From Vicugna vicugna (taxonomy: Eukaryota), in contig MU061538.1 of assembly GCA_013265495.1 (NCBI GenBank), forward strand, positions 1,304,001 through 1,368,000: a DNA stretch of 64,000 nt, given 5' to 3'. The notes beneath the pieces are model-generated. The model searched no databases and was not told where the DNA came from. It saw nothing but the letters and a program-made list of their open reading frames with translations. How positions within the stretch are numbered: the first letter of the stretch is position 1; the number at the start of each line of letters is the position of its first letter. Of the stretch, positions 23,521 to 35,720 are shown in pieces. The position numbers were made by a program, and so were the translations under genes.

Positions 23521-24594
23521 TGCTTTTGATTCGAAGTCTGCAGAAGGTGGTCATCGCCGTGGCCTGCCAGGCTTCGAAGCGGAAATACCTGGCAGCCCAC
23601 ACTTACATCCAGACAGTGCCTTGTGCTTAATTAACCTAGGAAATGCAGGAGAGACCATTCCTGTCCAGGCTCTGCTCCCGGGTGGTTTAAACTCTAGGCG
23701 TGCAGAGAAGGCTCGTGTGTGTTCCCATCATACACCACGCCCGTGGTCCCTGATGGCAGAGTGTGCAGTGCAGCTGATGGAGTCAGAGACGTTCTGAGAT
23801 GGGCAGACCTGCCCCCAGGGCGCTGTTTGCCGCTGGCGAGGCGGGACAGCAGCCGTCCTCAGCCCCTGTCTGGCTCCAGAGGTCCCACTCCTCCTACTCT
23901 GTTTGGAATTCTCTGACGTGTCCACACGTCCGGGCACGGTCCTCAGCCGGTCGGTGTGTGGCTCTGACACTGGAGGAGTTTTTGGACTGGGTGAGAACTG
24001 CACGTGCGAGACATGTCACTTCCCTCTGAGAACACAGTAAACTGGACGAAAACAGACAAACAAGCAGACAGACAGACAGCGAATTAGACCATCCTCATAT
24101 CGCAGGAGACAGTTTATGATCACATGGCAGTCGCCAAACTTAGACAAATTAAGTAACTGGACAGTGGCTTTGGTCTCTTTTATAATCTCTGCTGGAAAGG
24201 AATCTATATTTAGAAAAAATGGCTCGGATACATACGGAGTTTGTTTCAAATTGTGTGAACATCTAAAGTTAACACCAGCCTTGGTATTGATGTTCAGCAT
24301 TTGGAGTGTGTTTAAATGGGGTTGACTTTGTCTGCTGGTTGTATATAAATGCACCTGTTTGTGCTTGTATTTGTGCACATTCAGCGTTTATTTGGAATAC
24401 ATACGTGATCAGTAAGTTGAAGAAAAGTTTGAGGGCACAATTTGCGATGTTGATGTTGGGGGGAAGGGCTTGTTCCTTAGGAAGTTTATAATTTTGTGTG
24501 GTAGTTGTAACCTTTCCTGGAAAACATCTGGATCCGCACGACATCGTATTGAGACACAAGCTGAATTCTCTGACTCGTGCCTCAAACACAAGTT

Positions 24595-24995
24595 GCAGAT
24601 GCTCATCGAATGCCTGTTGGGGCCGGGCTGTCTCCCAGACGTTAGGGGTGGAGCGGGGAGGGACACGGACCAAGCGCTGCTCTCACAGCTCTCGTGCCCC
24701 TGCGGGGGGTGGGGGGGAAGCAGAAGGGACCACGTAGAGGGAGTCACTCAAGCTCAGTATTGACAGGTGCCCTGAAGAAATGACTGTAGGGTGGGGAGCT
24801 GGGAGCAGTGGGTGGGAGCTTGGTGCTTTGGTGTGGCCGGAGAAGTCTCCACTGACGCAGGGCACTTGAGCAGAGACCTGAGCGCGGTGACTGAGCGATG
24901 AACCTTGGCTCCACCCGTGGAAAAGAGCATTCTAGAAGGAACAGCAAGTGCAGAGACCGTGAAGTAGGTGTGTGCTTGATGTGCTCAGGGAATAC
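24595..24995 (-). mobile_element. L2 LINE 3' portion
   Basis: cacttgagcagagacctga...aagagcattctagaaggaacagcaagtgcagag...gtgtgcttgatgtgctcagggaata. Confidence 0.82.
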
Positions 24996-25974
24996 CTGTT
25001 TTTTTTGCCTGCAGCTTGCATTGTCTGTATAAATATATTTTAACTTAATTGAAGTTTTTGAGTGTAAATAAATCGTTTTCCTAACCAGGTTTATGGCTAT
25101 TTGAGGGCTGAGACTGTCTGTTAAATGTATCTTGTACTTTTATCATGTTTAGCCCATAACAAGTCCTCGACCGGTACATGTTAAATTTAATGGACTTGAT
25201 GATTAAAATATTAATATTAATACTGTCATGTAATGGAGATTTAGTTGATATGGAACATTTTCCAAGGGAAAGGGAAAGTGCAGCCATCTCAGCCTTCCTT
25301 CTTCAGCTGCTGTTCCGTTACAGTGTCACGTGGTCCCATCAGGCTCAGGTTAATAACTGAACGCCGTCCCAGGAAGTGGCCCGATGCTGGGTAGAACTTT
25401 TTCTCCCTGTAGCATGTTCCCACGATACAGGTTCCGTCCTCTGAGATCCCACAGCCAGGTGGAATCGAGCGGGCGGGTGCAGCTTCCTAAGGTGGCACGG
25501 TGACACACGGTTCTTACTTGGGGAGTGAATTTGGAGTTCGCTGCCCTGAAAAGGAATGCGGATGATGCCTGGAATGAACCAGAGGTACTTCACAGGTATT
25601 TGGGGAGTTTGGGTTTGGGGGAAACCAGAGGTAAATGATCGGTAAAGCAGAGGACGCTCGTGTGAGACCCAGCCTTGTTATGTGGATGCAGTCTGGGCGC
25701 ATGCGAGAGCCTCTCTGCACTGCATACTTGTAAGGTGGAGAGCACTCCAGAAGGGCAGTGAGTGCAGAGGCCCTGAGCCAGAATGGCCAGTGGAAGCCAA
25801 GGAGGCCATCTGTGGCACCGCACAGCATGCCCTGTCTGCACAGACCCCTGCTCGCTGAAGCTGGACCCTCAGGCATGGGAGGGCTGAAGCTGAGTGAGAG
25901 CTGGAACTGAACTCTCTGACGACGTGTGGTGCTGTTTCCAAGAATGAGGGAAACATGGAGGAGGCAGCACGCAG

Positions 25975-26090
25975 AGAAAAGTCTTTGCACTTGCTGTCCC
26001 TTCTAGAATGTTCTTTTCCTCAGATGCCCCCAAGGTTCGCTCAGTCACTGCATTCAGGTCCCTGCTGAAGTGCCCTGAGTCAGTGGGGAT
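25975..26090 (+). mobile_element. L2 fragment
   Basis: ctttgcacttgctgtcccttctagaatgttcttttcctcagat...cattcaggtccctgct. Confidence 0.7.
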
Positions 26091-26208
26091 GCGAGGAAAA
26101 GCAGAGGGCGTCTCTGCTGTCCGAGTCTCAGTTTCCCTGAGCTCAGCTGTGAGACAAGGACTTGGATGCATGTGGTTTACTTGCGAGGACCCTTGGGAGA
26201 GGGGACCA

Positions 26209-26385
26209 CAGTGCCGGACGCGCCCGTAGTTCGCAGGGTCCGGTGCAGAACAAGTGCTGAGCCCTTATTCAGAAGGGCTTGGAAGGTCAAGACGGCCCCA
26301 GCAGAGCATTAAGCCAGGAGTGGGACCCACCTAATGAGGGGCTACGGGTGACCATGGGGCCCAGGTGGCCAAGCTGGGGGAGGCG
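26209..26385 (-). mobile_element. MER45A-like hAT-Tip100 non-autonomous DNA transposon
   Basis: cagtgccgg...gcagggtccggtgcagaa...cccttattcagaa...tcaagacggccccagcagagcattaagcca aligns by eye with the reverse complement of the recalled MER45A consensus. Confidence 0.75.
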
Positions 26386-29214
26386 GCCCTTGCGCAGGGC
26401 TGTGTTTGCGGGTCGGCGCCTGCTCTTGGCAGCTGGGGACGCTGCGTGGAGGACACCTCCGGATGGTCCCCTAAGGGGTGGGCAGTTACTGGCTGAGGTG
26501 GTCTTGGGGGCTTACCCCCGCAAGTTGTCAGTATGCAAACATCAAAAACCATGTCAGATTTTCATAAAAAATCTGAATATTTATTCTTGAAAGTCCTGTT
26601 TTCTAGGTTAGGAAAGACCACGCATTTCTTCACACTAATAGTTTATTACCTTTCGTTTCCTGCCACACATAGACATTCCATTGTTCCATACAGTTGTTAA
26701 AAATGGTTGAAAAATATTGTCTAGAAAATTGCCCAAGGTATTTTTACACTAGTTTACTGAAAATTAATGTCTGGAAATGGGTGTTAGATAATGTAATTGA
26801 AACAACTTACTAGAGAAGCAATTATCCAGAGACTATCAAAAATTTCATTCAAATTATGGTACTAAGTAATGTGTCACATGGTTAATTTTCTACTGTAATC
26901 AAGTATTTTTAGTACAAAAACATTTTTTTTTTCTGGCCTGCTTGAATGGGCTGGCACACTCAGGGGCTAAAGAACAGCTTCAGGCAGATGAATGCAGGGG
27001 TAGGTCTAGTTCGCGGTGGACTCTGATGGCCTCCGGGCTGGAGTGCGGCCGGGCACCAGAAGCGCCTGCTGTGCTTGCTTCTTTCTGTCAGCTCCCCCCG
27101 CCCCAGAAGAGGCCGCTTTCCCACAGGACGTGCAGTGATACCAAGGCTCCGAGCCCCGTTCTTTCCTTGGACACACCTGCAGACTGAGGGCACGTGTAGT
27201 CGGGCGCGCTGGGCATTCAGAATGGATTCTGCTGGAGATCCAGCCTGAAGGGGGCCTCACGTGAATGCCTGGGGGAGGCTCAGTGGGAAAAGCCTTTGAG
27301 TGGAAACTGTCTGAGCGGAGCACGCTTGGAGCGTGGAGGGCCACACGTGGCCCCTGCGTGTAGGGCTCTGGGTGACCGGTGTGTGAAGAGTAGACTCTCA
27401 AGTTCGTGTTTGTGCAGTTGATGGAACAGTCACATGCTCAAAGTGGCTCTTTTAAAATGTCGCCCATAACCATGACCTCAGAAGGCACGCCGCTTCACTC
27501 CCACGCCCTCTACGGCTGCTTAGTGCACTTAATAAAGTGGCATATTTGGGGGGGGATAATTCTGTGTACGAACATGTATTAGAGTCTACAAATGAGAGAC
27601 TCTTCTTTTTAATCTTAGCCAGAGTCAGAGTTTCCCAGTGAGCTGCTTAAATTTGGTAAGAATGTTAAAACAGGATTGAGAAGAACACGAGGTCCACCAG
27701 CCCCGTGCCTGAAGCTAGGGCCGGCCGGCCTGGCTGGACGTGTAGAGACACTGCGGGAGCTGGCTGGAGGTTCGTGCCTTCCTACGTACTTCCAGCCTCT
27801 GCGGGAGAAGAAAATTCGGGGGACTGGTCCTTCCTTTGAAGAGCAGTGAGGCGTGGGCAGGGGCGGCGTCTTCTGCGGCTCACGCTTAGTGTCTGAGACT
27901 CACTCTGATCACCTGACATGTGTCCCCTAAGTGGTACCATCGTGGTCCAGGGCCCCAGACCTCGTTGGCCATGAGGCTTGTCTGTGCTTGGAAGCCTGTC
28001 TTGGGTCCTTTCTCTCTCTTAGGTTATTGGTCCTTTCAATTCGTAGTTCTAACAGGAGAACACCAATTGCTTCAACTAGTAGGAAAAAAACCATCAGGAC
28101 TCTTAAGACATTTCATAGAATTTATGTATCCACCATCAACCTTTGACTGGACAGACAGAAATAATTGGGCAAGCTGAATGATCTTAGTATTGATTTAAGC
28201 TTTTAAATAGTTTTGTGGATGTTTTATCCTAACACCGTCATGAGAATCAGGAAGGCAAAAATGACTTTCTGATTTATCAAATCCCTGTATTAAATGCTGT
28301 AAACCAATGTTGAGATCCAGCCCCTTTCGTATTTAATTTGCACTTCAGTGTTCGTACTTTTAGACAAATACAGTGCCTTTCCTGGGTGCTGATGGGCAGG
28401 GACCTGCAGCCACATTTCTGGAGTGGTGTCAGGAAGCCCTTGATTGAGCAAATTATGGCCAAGAGTACCATCTAGAGTGTAATTTTTCCCAAGCTCAAAT
28501 AATCATCTCTGGTGTTTTTTTTTTTTTGGCATGTATGTGGATAATATCAAATATTTCTATTAAAAATGAATGTCCTTTATTCAGTGATTCATTTTAAATG
28601 AAATCTGTTGGGACATATAAGACAAGAAGGATGTTGATGTTCTGTCGTGAAATTATGTAGAAATTTGGTTTTACCAAGACGAATGAACTGGGTTGTGGCC
28701 TGTCATGGCTTCAGGAAACCACTGACACAGTTACAGACGCTGCACCCTCCTGCCTCTCACCTCCCCGCATCATGGCCAGTGCACAGGTTAGCTTCATCTG
28801 TCTTTTTAATCAAACGGTCTTTGAGATCGACATGGTTTCAGGAGCCTTCCCTCTAACTCTTACGGGAGGCTTGACAGAAATGGTGATGTGGAAGGCGTGC
28901 GTAAGGGACGTGCTTATCATTTGCTCCACCTCCCACTGTTATCTCCATTTTTAAAAAAAGACAAGCGGACGTGACCTGAGCCACATCAGCTGGACCCTGG
29001 AGAAGCAAATGTGCGTGATTATGCTTCTCCGCTGAGCCCACAGGGCCGGTCAAGGCACAGCCACATGGAGCTTACGTTTGCACTGTAAGTGCAACTTTCC
29101 TGATGCGTTGTTCACACACGTTCCTCACACCAGGAGAAACTGTCTTCACAGGAGCTGGGGTATTGATTTCAAATGAGGATAATGGGACTCAGCTCTGGCT
29201 TGACGGACAGGAAA

Positions 29215-29268
29215 TCTGTCTGTTTGTTCACCCGTCTGTCCATCCATCTGTCCGTCCGTCCGTCCGTG
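29215..29268. repeat. Degenerate tetranucleotide repeat (TCTG/TCCA/TCCG)n
   Basis: Directly visible. Confidence 0.8.
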
Positions 29269-29814
29269 TAGGTAGACGGGCACATGGTGACCACTCTTGC
29301 CTACGGCCTGTCTTTACTACTGGACGTTCACCTTTTTCTCTGTGTCGGTAGTTTTGGCTTTTGTGTCTGTACTGTTGAGACCCGTCTGCAGTCCTGCTTG
29401 GGTGTAGCCGATATGTGAACGAGAACCGGCAGCGTCAGTGTTTAAGGTCGATAATACACCCCGTGAAAGTGTACGTGCCCTCTGGTGGGAGCCTCTGATA
29501 TGTTCAGTTCAAATGCATGAGCGATGTTGGGGCTCTCGAGCCCTGATGGTGAAGCGGCGAGGGCGGGAACCAGCTCCACCTCTCTGTGTAGGTGACCTAG
29601 GCCTTCCCAGGCTGTAAGGAAGGCCCGCACATATGTCTGGGCCTCGCATGGTTTTAGTGAGCTGGATACAGCTCGATGAGCCTTAGCTGCCGTCGAAGTA
29701 CCCGGTGGGGGACAGAACCCAGAGTCCCATTAGTCTTTGAGAGCCTGCGATGGGGTGAAACTTGGCTCTTGCTACAGTCTCGCTGATTTGACCAGTAAAG
29801 GATTGACAGGCATG

Positions 29815-30240
29815 TCACTCATTTTTATTTGAACAGTATCTGTTGCATCTCTGCGCAGCACACTGTGTGTGGTGGGGCTACAGCTGCCAACAAAACGCAG
29901 GCAGCCCTTGCCCTCCTGCGCCTGCAGCCAGGTAGCTAAGAGGGAGCATCGTTCCCATGCTCACAGAGGAGTGAAGGGGGCTGTGTAGACGTGTCGGTGC
30001 CTTCCTAACCTTGGGGTCGGGAGCCGCCGGGGGAGCGTGGACCTGGGTGGTGAGCAGGAGGTGGGGGCGTCTGTGTGGAATCTGGACTCCGTCCTCCGTG
30101 CAGAGAGGGGCGAGGTGGGGCTGTGTTCTGGGAAGGGCATGCGTGGCCCCTCCCTGCAGCCTCCTCGGTGGGCGTGGGTGTCCCAGACCTCCCCGCACCC
30201 AGCCCGCCCTCCTCCAGGAGCTCCTGGTGGCCTCTGTGTC
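29815..30240 (-). mobile_element. L2 3' end (GC-shifted)
   Basis: cactcatttttatttgaacagtatctgttg...cacactgtg...ggggctacagc...cccttgccctcctg. Confidence 0.6.
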
Positions 30241-30404
30241 CAAGGCCTTGCACCCGCCTTCGCACTCGCTGTGCACACTCCCTGTTACGGTAGCTGTTGG
30301 CATTTTTCTCTTCATGTAGACAGTTATTTTCCTGATATTTGGAGCAAAGACCTAGAAGCAGGGCCCTGAAATGTTCCATAGATACTTATTTAAGGAAAAC
30401 TCTC

Positions 30405-30545
30405 GGGAGGAGGGTATAGCTCATGGTAGTGTGTGTGCTTAGTGTGCACGAGGTCCTGGGCACCCCCAGTGCCTCCATTAAATAAGTAAATAATAAACTT
30501 AATTACCTCCTCCCCTCCAAAAAAAAAAAAAACCAAACAAACAAA
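30405..30545 (+). mobile_element. Vic-1-like tRNA-derived SINE with TSD
   Basis: ggagggtatagctcatggtag...gtgcacgaggtcctggg...cctccattaaataag...aaacttaattacctcc followed by poly(A). TSD aaggaaaactctc (30392-30404) / aagaaaaactctc (30546-30558). Confidence 0.93.
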
Positions 30546-30904
30546 AAGAAAAACTCTCATTATTTGGAAATAAAGATGGTCCTTAGTAGCACATGTTCTT
30601 GGTAGAAAATACAGATAAGCAAATAAGAGAAAATACAGCCCACCCACGACTCCACCTTCAGGAGGTGAGCACCGGGGCACGTAGAGGGAGTGAAAGTCTA
30701 AGTAACCGCCGAGGGCTTCTGTCCGTCGCCTACTACTGCAGCTGTTGAATATGTTATGTATGTATGTGAATAGGTGCATGCACATATGCATGTGTACGCC
30801 ACACGGCACATTATAAACTACAAGTACGATTTTAGAAATATTGATTAATAACGTGAGCACTTTCCATGTAAATTGTATTTCTCTGCAGCACTGTAGAGTT
30901 TCTT

Positions 30905-31390
30905 TTTGTCCTTCTGGTCTCACTGGTATAGTTGCCACACAGCCCTGTGTCCGTTTAAGGTGTACGTTACAATCATTGACTGACTGACATACGTCGCGAA
31001 ATCATTGCCACGGTAAGATTAGTCTACACTCATCATCTCATGCCGATACGAAATTAAAGAACTAGGAAAGAAAACCTTCTGTTCCTTGGAGTGAGAGCTC
31101 AGGATTTCCTCTGTTAACAAGCTTCACGTAGAACACGCAGCAGCGTTAGGCACGTTGGCCGTGGCTTCCGTTCCATCCCTGCTACTGACTCATCTGGTAG
31201 CTGGAAGTTTGTACCTTCTGACCAAGTGCGTCTGACTCTGCCCCCAGCCTGACCACCTGCCCCTTGTAACCGAGCATCTGATCCCTTTTCCTATGAGTTT
31301 TTGAAGTATGATTGGCCTGCAAGGCTGGGTTGCATGACGTAGAGATTTGACATTCGTGTACATGTCAGAGTGATCACCATGGTGAGTGTA
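30905..31390 (-). mobile_element. L1 3'UTR fragment (L1MA9-lineage-like)
   Basis: gtttaaggtgtac...gtgagagctcaggatttcctctgttaacaa...ctggaagtttgtaccttctgacc. Confidence 0.8.
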
Positions 31391-31409
31391 GTTTCCATTT
31401 TAATTGCTT

Positions 31410-31547
31410 CTTTTTTTCACTTTGTTGGGGGGAGGTGACTGGGTTTCTTTGTTGGTGTGTTTGTCTTACTGGAGACGCTGTGGGCCGAACCCAGGAAACT
31501 CTGCGTGCTGAGTGTGCGCTCTGCCACCGAGCTACGCCCCTTTACCC
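31410..31547 (-). mobile_element. Diverged Vic-1-like SINE
   Basis: ggggggaggtgactgggttt...ggagacgctg...gaacccagga...tgcgtgctgagtgtgcgctctgccaccgagctac. Confidence 0.75.
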
Positions 31548-34539
31548 GGGTCGCTTCCTTTGATCATAAACACGGTCTGTGGAAAATTTTAAGGAGATTC
31601 AGAAGTTCTAGGAAGGAAACCAGAGCATTCATGATTCAGCCATTCGTACATAATTTTTCGTGTCCAAGTATTTATTTCGCCTCATGACTAGACCATTATT
31701 CAGCCAAAGAATCGCCTATTAATGGACATCAAAATTGTTTTCATTTTTATTTATGAAAAACAAAGCCAAGATGAACCGCCTCAGGCAGGATTTCCACAGG
31801 CATCTAGATTACTTCCTGGAAACAGATTCTCGGAAGTAAAAGTGCAGCATCAGAGAACAGGCCCGGCACCAGCGCTTGTTTTGAAGCATCCCCACTCCTT
31901 CACTGCCCTTCCCGTCCGGCCACCTTTACCAGCTTACGCCCTCCCCGAGGCTTGTGGGCGCTCTTTACTCTAGACCTTTGGGGTCTTCTTTTTTTTTATT
32001 TATAATTTTTTCCTGATTACAAAGGAACATATATTTATGAAAGAACTTGTTTGCGCTCCCCCCTCAATATCTTGGAGGGTCAAAGACACAAAGATGTTCA
32101 ACTCCTCGGACCGGGTGGGTGGGGGTGGGGGGACACGGCTCCACCCACAGCTCTGGAAGGGCAGGCAGACTTGCCACTGTGCGGAGCTGGCTTTCGGGCT
32201 TTTTTTCCTGAGCACCCCGTGCTGCGTGTCCCGGATAAAGGGACACTTTTTATTTCACGAGTCTTTTTCTTCCTTCAAGCACAGAAGAGACCCTGAGTTT
32301 GAAACATTAATGTTCAAGTTAACCAGACATGGACAGGACCACCCATCCTATTGCAGCCCCCGATGCCATCTCCCTGTCCTGTGGCCCTGTCCAGCGTGGC
32401 TGTGGCGCAGACCCGCGCCTTCGTGTGATCGGTGCGGAACCTCGGGCACTGGCTGGTCTCGGGGTTACTCAGCTGTCAGTGTCAACGTCGAGATTTCAAC
32501 CCAGCCCGGTTGCTGAAGCCACTGCTTGTGTTCGTGAGTTGAGGACCAGGTCCACAGGGCACTACCCAAAGGAATGGAGTGTCACAGCGCCGTGGGCCGG
32601 GGGGGCCGCCAGTGTGCTGCTCCCGCGCCTTCGCCACGTAGGAGGAAACACAGAGGCCCCATCAGACGAAGAGGCCTGGGCTCTGGAGTGGACTGGTCAG
32701 ACAGGGGCACTGAGTCGCTGGCAGGTGGGAAGATGTGCTTGGAGAAAAGAGATGGAAACGTGATTATGTGCCCAACTGGCTGGAAGCAGTGTTGCCGAGG
32801 ACTGAAGCCTCTTCTCTCTTAGGTCCAGTTCTGCGTGGGGGGCAGAAGGTGGTTCTAAGCGAGGTTACCCTGCATCCTGCTTACCTGTCGTCTTGTTCCA
32901 TGTCTTTTCTTCCATTTTGCTCCCGGCTCTTGGCAGGTCGGTGACGCGCAGTCACAGCTGCACAGCAGACGTACCTGGGACTTCCTTCACATTCCAGGGC
33001 TGGGCTGCACCCCAGCCCCATCATGCAGATGTGCAGGGCTGCGGCTCGGCCAGGAGAACGCTGGTCTCCGCAGCTTCCTTGCTGTGTTGAGTCAGTGTGT
33101 CCCAGCAAAGCTGGCTGTGATGTGAATTTTGGGAAAGGAACCTCTAACCTTTTTATTATTAAACTCAACACGCATAGCTACAAACAGAAATACCACCCAC
33201 CAAACTGAGGTGACGGTCTCCCCTGAAGTAAGGGCAACATTGGTGATGTCCTGAGTATGTTTGCTGCACTCGGAGACCGTGGGTGCGGCCCGGGTGTTCT
33301 GTGCTCCTGCACCTCTTGCGTTTCGCAGCCACAGAGTTCTCTGCCGGTTAGCCTCCCTCCTTCTCTCACCCATCATGCTTACCTGGAATGGAGCCTCAGC
33401 GCCCTACTTCATTGGTGGTGCTGGCTGACTCTTAGGCATGATTAGCTGTAGTCTGAAAACTTATAAATTCTGGGAGAATTCTAAGATGCCACAAGCTGGA
33501 TCAGTGTCTTTGTATCAGTCCATTGGCAGTTGATTTCTGCTGTCCCTCCATCTGCCCTCCCGCCTGTGGGATGGGAAGCTGGTGGGAGCTGATCCTGCGG
33601 CTCTGGGGGAGCCTCTGCCCTTGACGACCGAGGACCCCGAGGTCTGGAGAGGCCAAGAAGCTTGTCCAACTTCATAAGTCAACCAATTTTGTAACTTGAG
33701 AGTGGATGTAATAAAGTATTGATGGCAGAACGTTTTGAAATTGAACTGAAATGAGGTTTCTGGATTACCTGTGGGCTTCGGTCACCTGCTCCATCTCCCT
33801 CTCGCTGTGGGACAGGTAGTCTGCGATTCTATGTAATGAAGGTTCTTTCTGAAATGGGCTTGACTGACCCAGAGAAAAATGGCGCAGATGAGTAGCACAA
33901 TGATGAATTTTATGTTTTTTATGGATTGAAATCTAATTTTAGATTTTGACATCACTATGGCAACATGCTATTTCTAGCTTATTATTATTGGCATTTTTGC
34001 TCTAATTTTAAACCTTAGTTTGGAAAAGAAATTTGATAAACTGGAAATTTTAGGCTTGAAAGGAGGAACTTGAATGAGACAGAATAGTGATTTACAAGTC
34101 GTAACCTGAACCACCTGAGGGGGAAGTCAGTAACTAGAAATAAATTTGGAAATGATTACTCATGTTACAAAGTAACTCTTTTTGTTATTTAAATTTTTAA
34201 AAAATTTTTGAAACTTTTTATTTTTTATTTTTTTAAATGAAGTAATCCTTGACCTTATCAAAAGGTGGTCTGTCTGTGCCCCCTGATCCGGGGTGCCTTG
34301 TGTGCTGAGGGCATTTGGAGAGGCCAGAGGATGGTGGCACCTGTCATTTGCTGAGTACTTACTGTTTCCAGGCTCTGCCCTGTCTCAGCCGCCTCCACCA
34401 TCTCATGTCTTCCCAGCCTCCTGGGAGCTCTCTCAGTCTCCCTGACATTTTTGAAGCAAGTATATGCCAGCCTCAGGGCCTTTGCACTGCCAGTCTCCTT
34501 TCCACGTGAGAGTCCTCCTCATTTCCTTCTTTTCTTTTT

Positions 34540-35281
34540 TCTTTTTTTTCCTTTAAAAAAAAATTGAAGTAGAGTCAGTTTACAATGTATCAATTTCTGG
34601 TGTACAGCATAATGTTTAGGTCATACATATACATAGAGATACTCATTTCCATATTCATTTTCTTTATAGGTTACTGCAAGGTACTGAATATAGTTCCCTG
34701 TGCTGTATAGTAGGACACTGTTATTTATCTGTTTTAAATATAGTAGTGTGTATCTGCAAATCTCAAACTCCCAGTTTATCTCTTCCCACCCTCCTTTCCC
34801 ACTGGTACCCGTAAGTTTGTTCTCTATGTCTGTGAGTCTGTTTCTGTTTTGTAGATGAGATCATTAGTGTCTCTCTCTCTCTTTTTAAGATTCCACATAT
34901 ACATGATACCATATGGTGTCTTTCTTTCTCTTTCTAGATTTTTTCACTTAGAATGATGATCTCCAGATTTATCCATGTTGCAGCAAATAGCATTATTTCA
35001 TTCTTTTTTATGGCTGAGTAGTATTCCATTGTATACATACACCACATCTTCCTTATCCAGTCATCTGTCAATGGACACTTAAGTTGCTTCCATGTCTTGG
35101 CTATTGTAAATAGTGCTGCTGTGAGCATTGGGGTGCATGTGTCTTTCTGAATTAGAGTTTTCTTCGGGTATATGCCCAGGAGTGGAATTGCTAGATCATA
35201 GGGTAAGTCTATTTTTAGTTTTTTAAGGCATCTCTGTACTGTTTTCCATACTGGCTGAACTAAACTACATTCTCACCAACA
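34540..35281 (-). mobile_element. L1 3' end (camelid/artiodactyl-type, relatively young)
   Basis: aattgaagtagagtcagtttacaatg through aaactacattctcaccaaca. The minus-strand ORF gives [26 protein letters not shown] (ORF2p C-terminus). Confidence 0.95.
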
Positions 35282-35720
35282 TCAAGTTTATTCTGGTTTC
35301 ATGGAATAAGATGGGAGTGGTCCTTCTCTGTTACTCTCTGAAAGAATAAAACTATAAAATTGGATTGACCTGTTTCTAAAACACTTTTTTTAGAACTCAC
35401 TTGGAAAAACCTCCTTGTTTTGTATTTTCTTTCTGGGGAAATCCTTAACTATTGCTGTAATTATTCCTTTAGTAATAAAAAGATTCTTCAGGAATTCTAT
35501 TTATTTTTGAGTTATTGTAAGTTATAAAGAATTTACCCACTTGCCCAAGGTTTCACATTTTTGGCGTTGTTGCATTAATAATCACATTAGGCCTTACGCC
35601 CCTTTTTCTGACTAATGTTACCTTAGTGTCTTTGCCTTTTTCTTTATCAGTTTCTCCAGAAGTTTGCCTATTACTCTTTCCAAAGAATCAGCTTTCAGCT
35701 TCGTTGACGGTCTTCAGATT
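35282..35720 (-). mobile_element. Ancient L1M ORF2 fragment
   Basis: atcaagtttattctggtttcat...tctttatcagtttctccagaagtttg...caaagaatcagcttt. Confidence 0.7.

Noticed and set aside
25514..25990. Overlapping ORFs considered as a processed pseudogene
   Set aside because: No recognisable protein similarity, poly(A) tail or TSD.
26500..26600. Possible hAT-Charlie MER fragment
   Set aside because: The resemblance is too short to assign a family.
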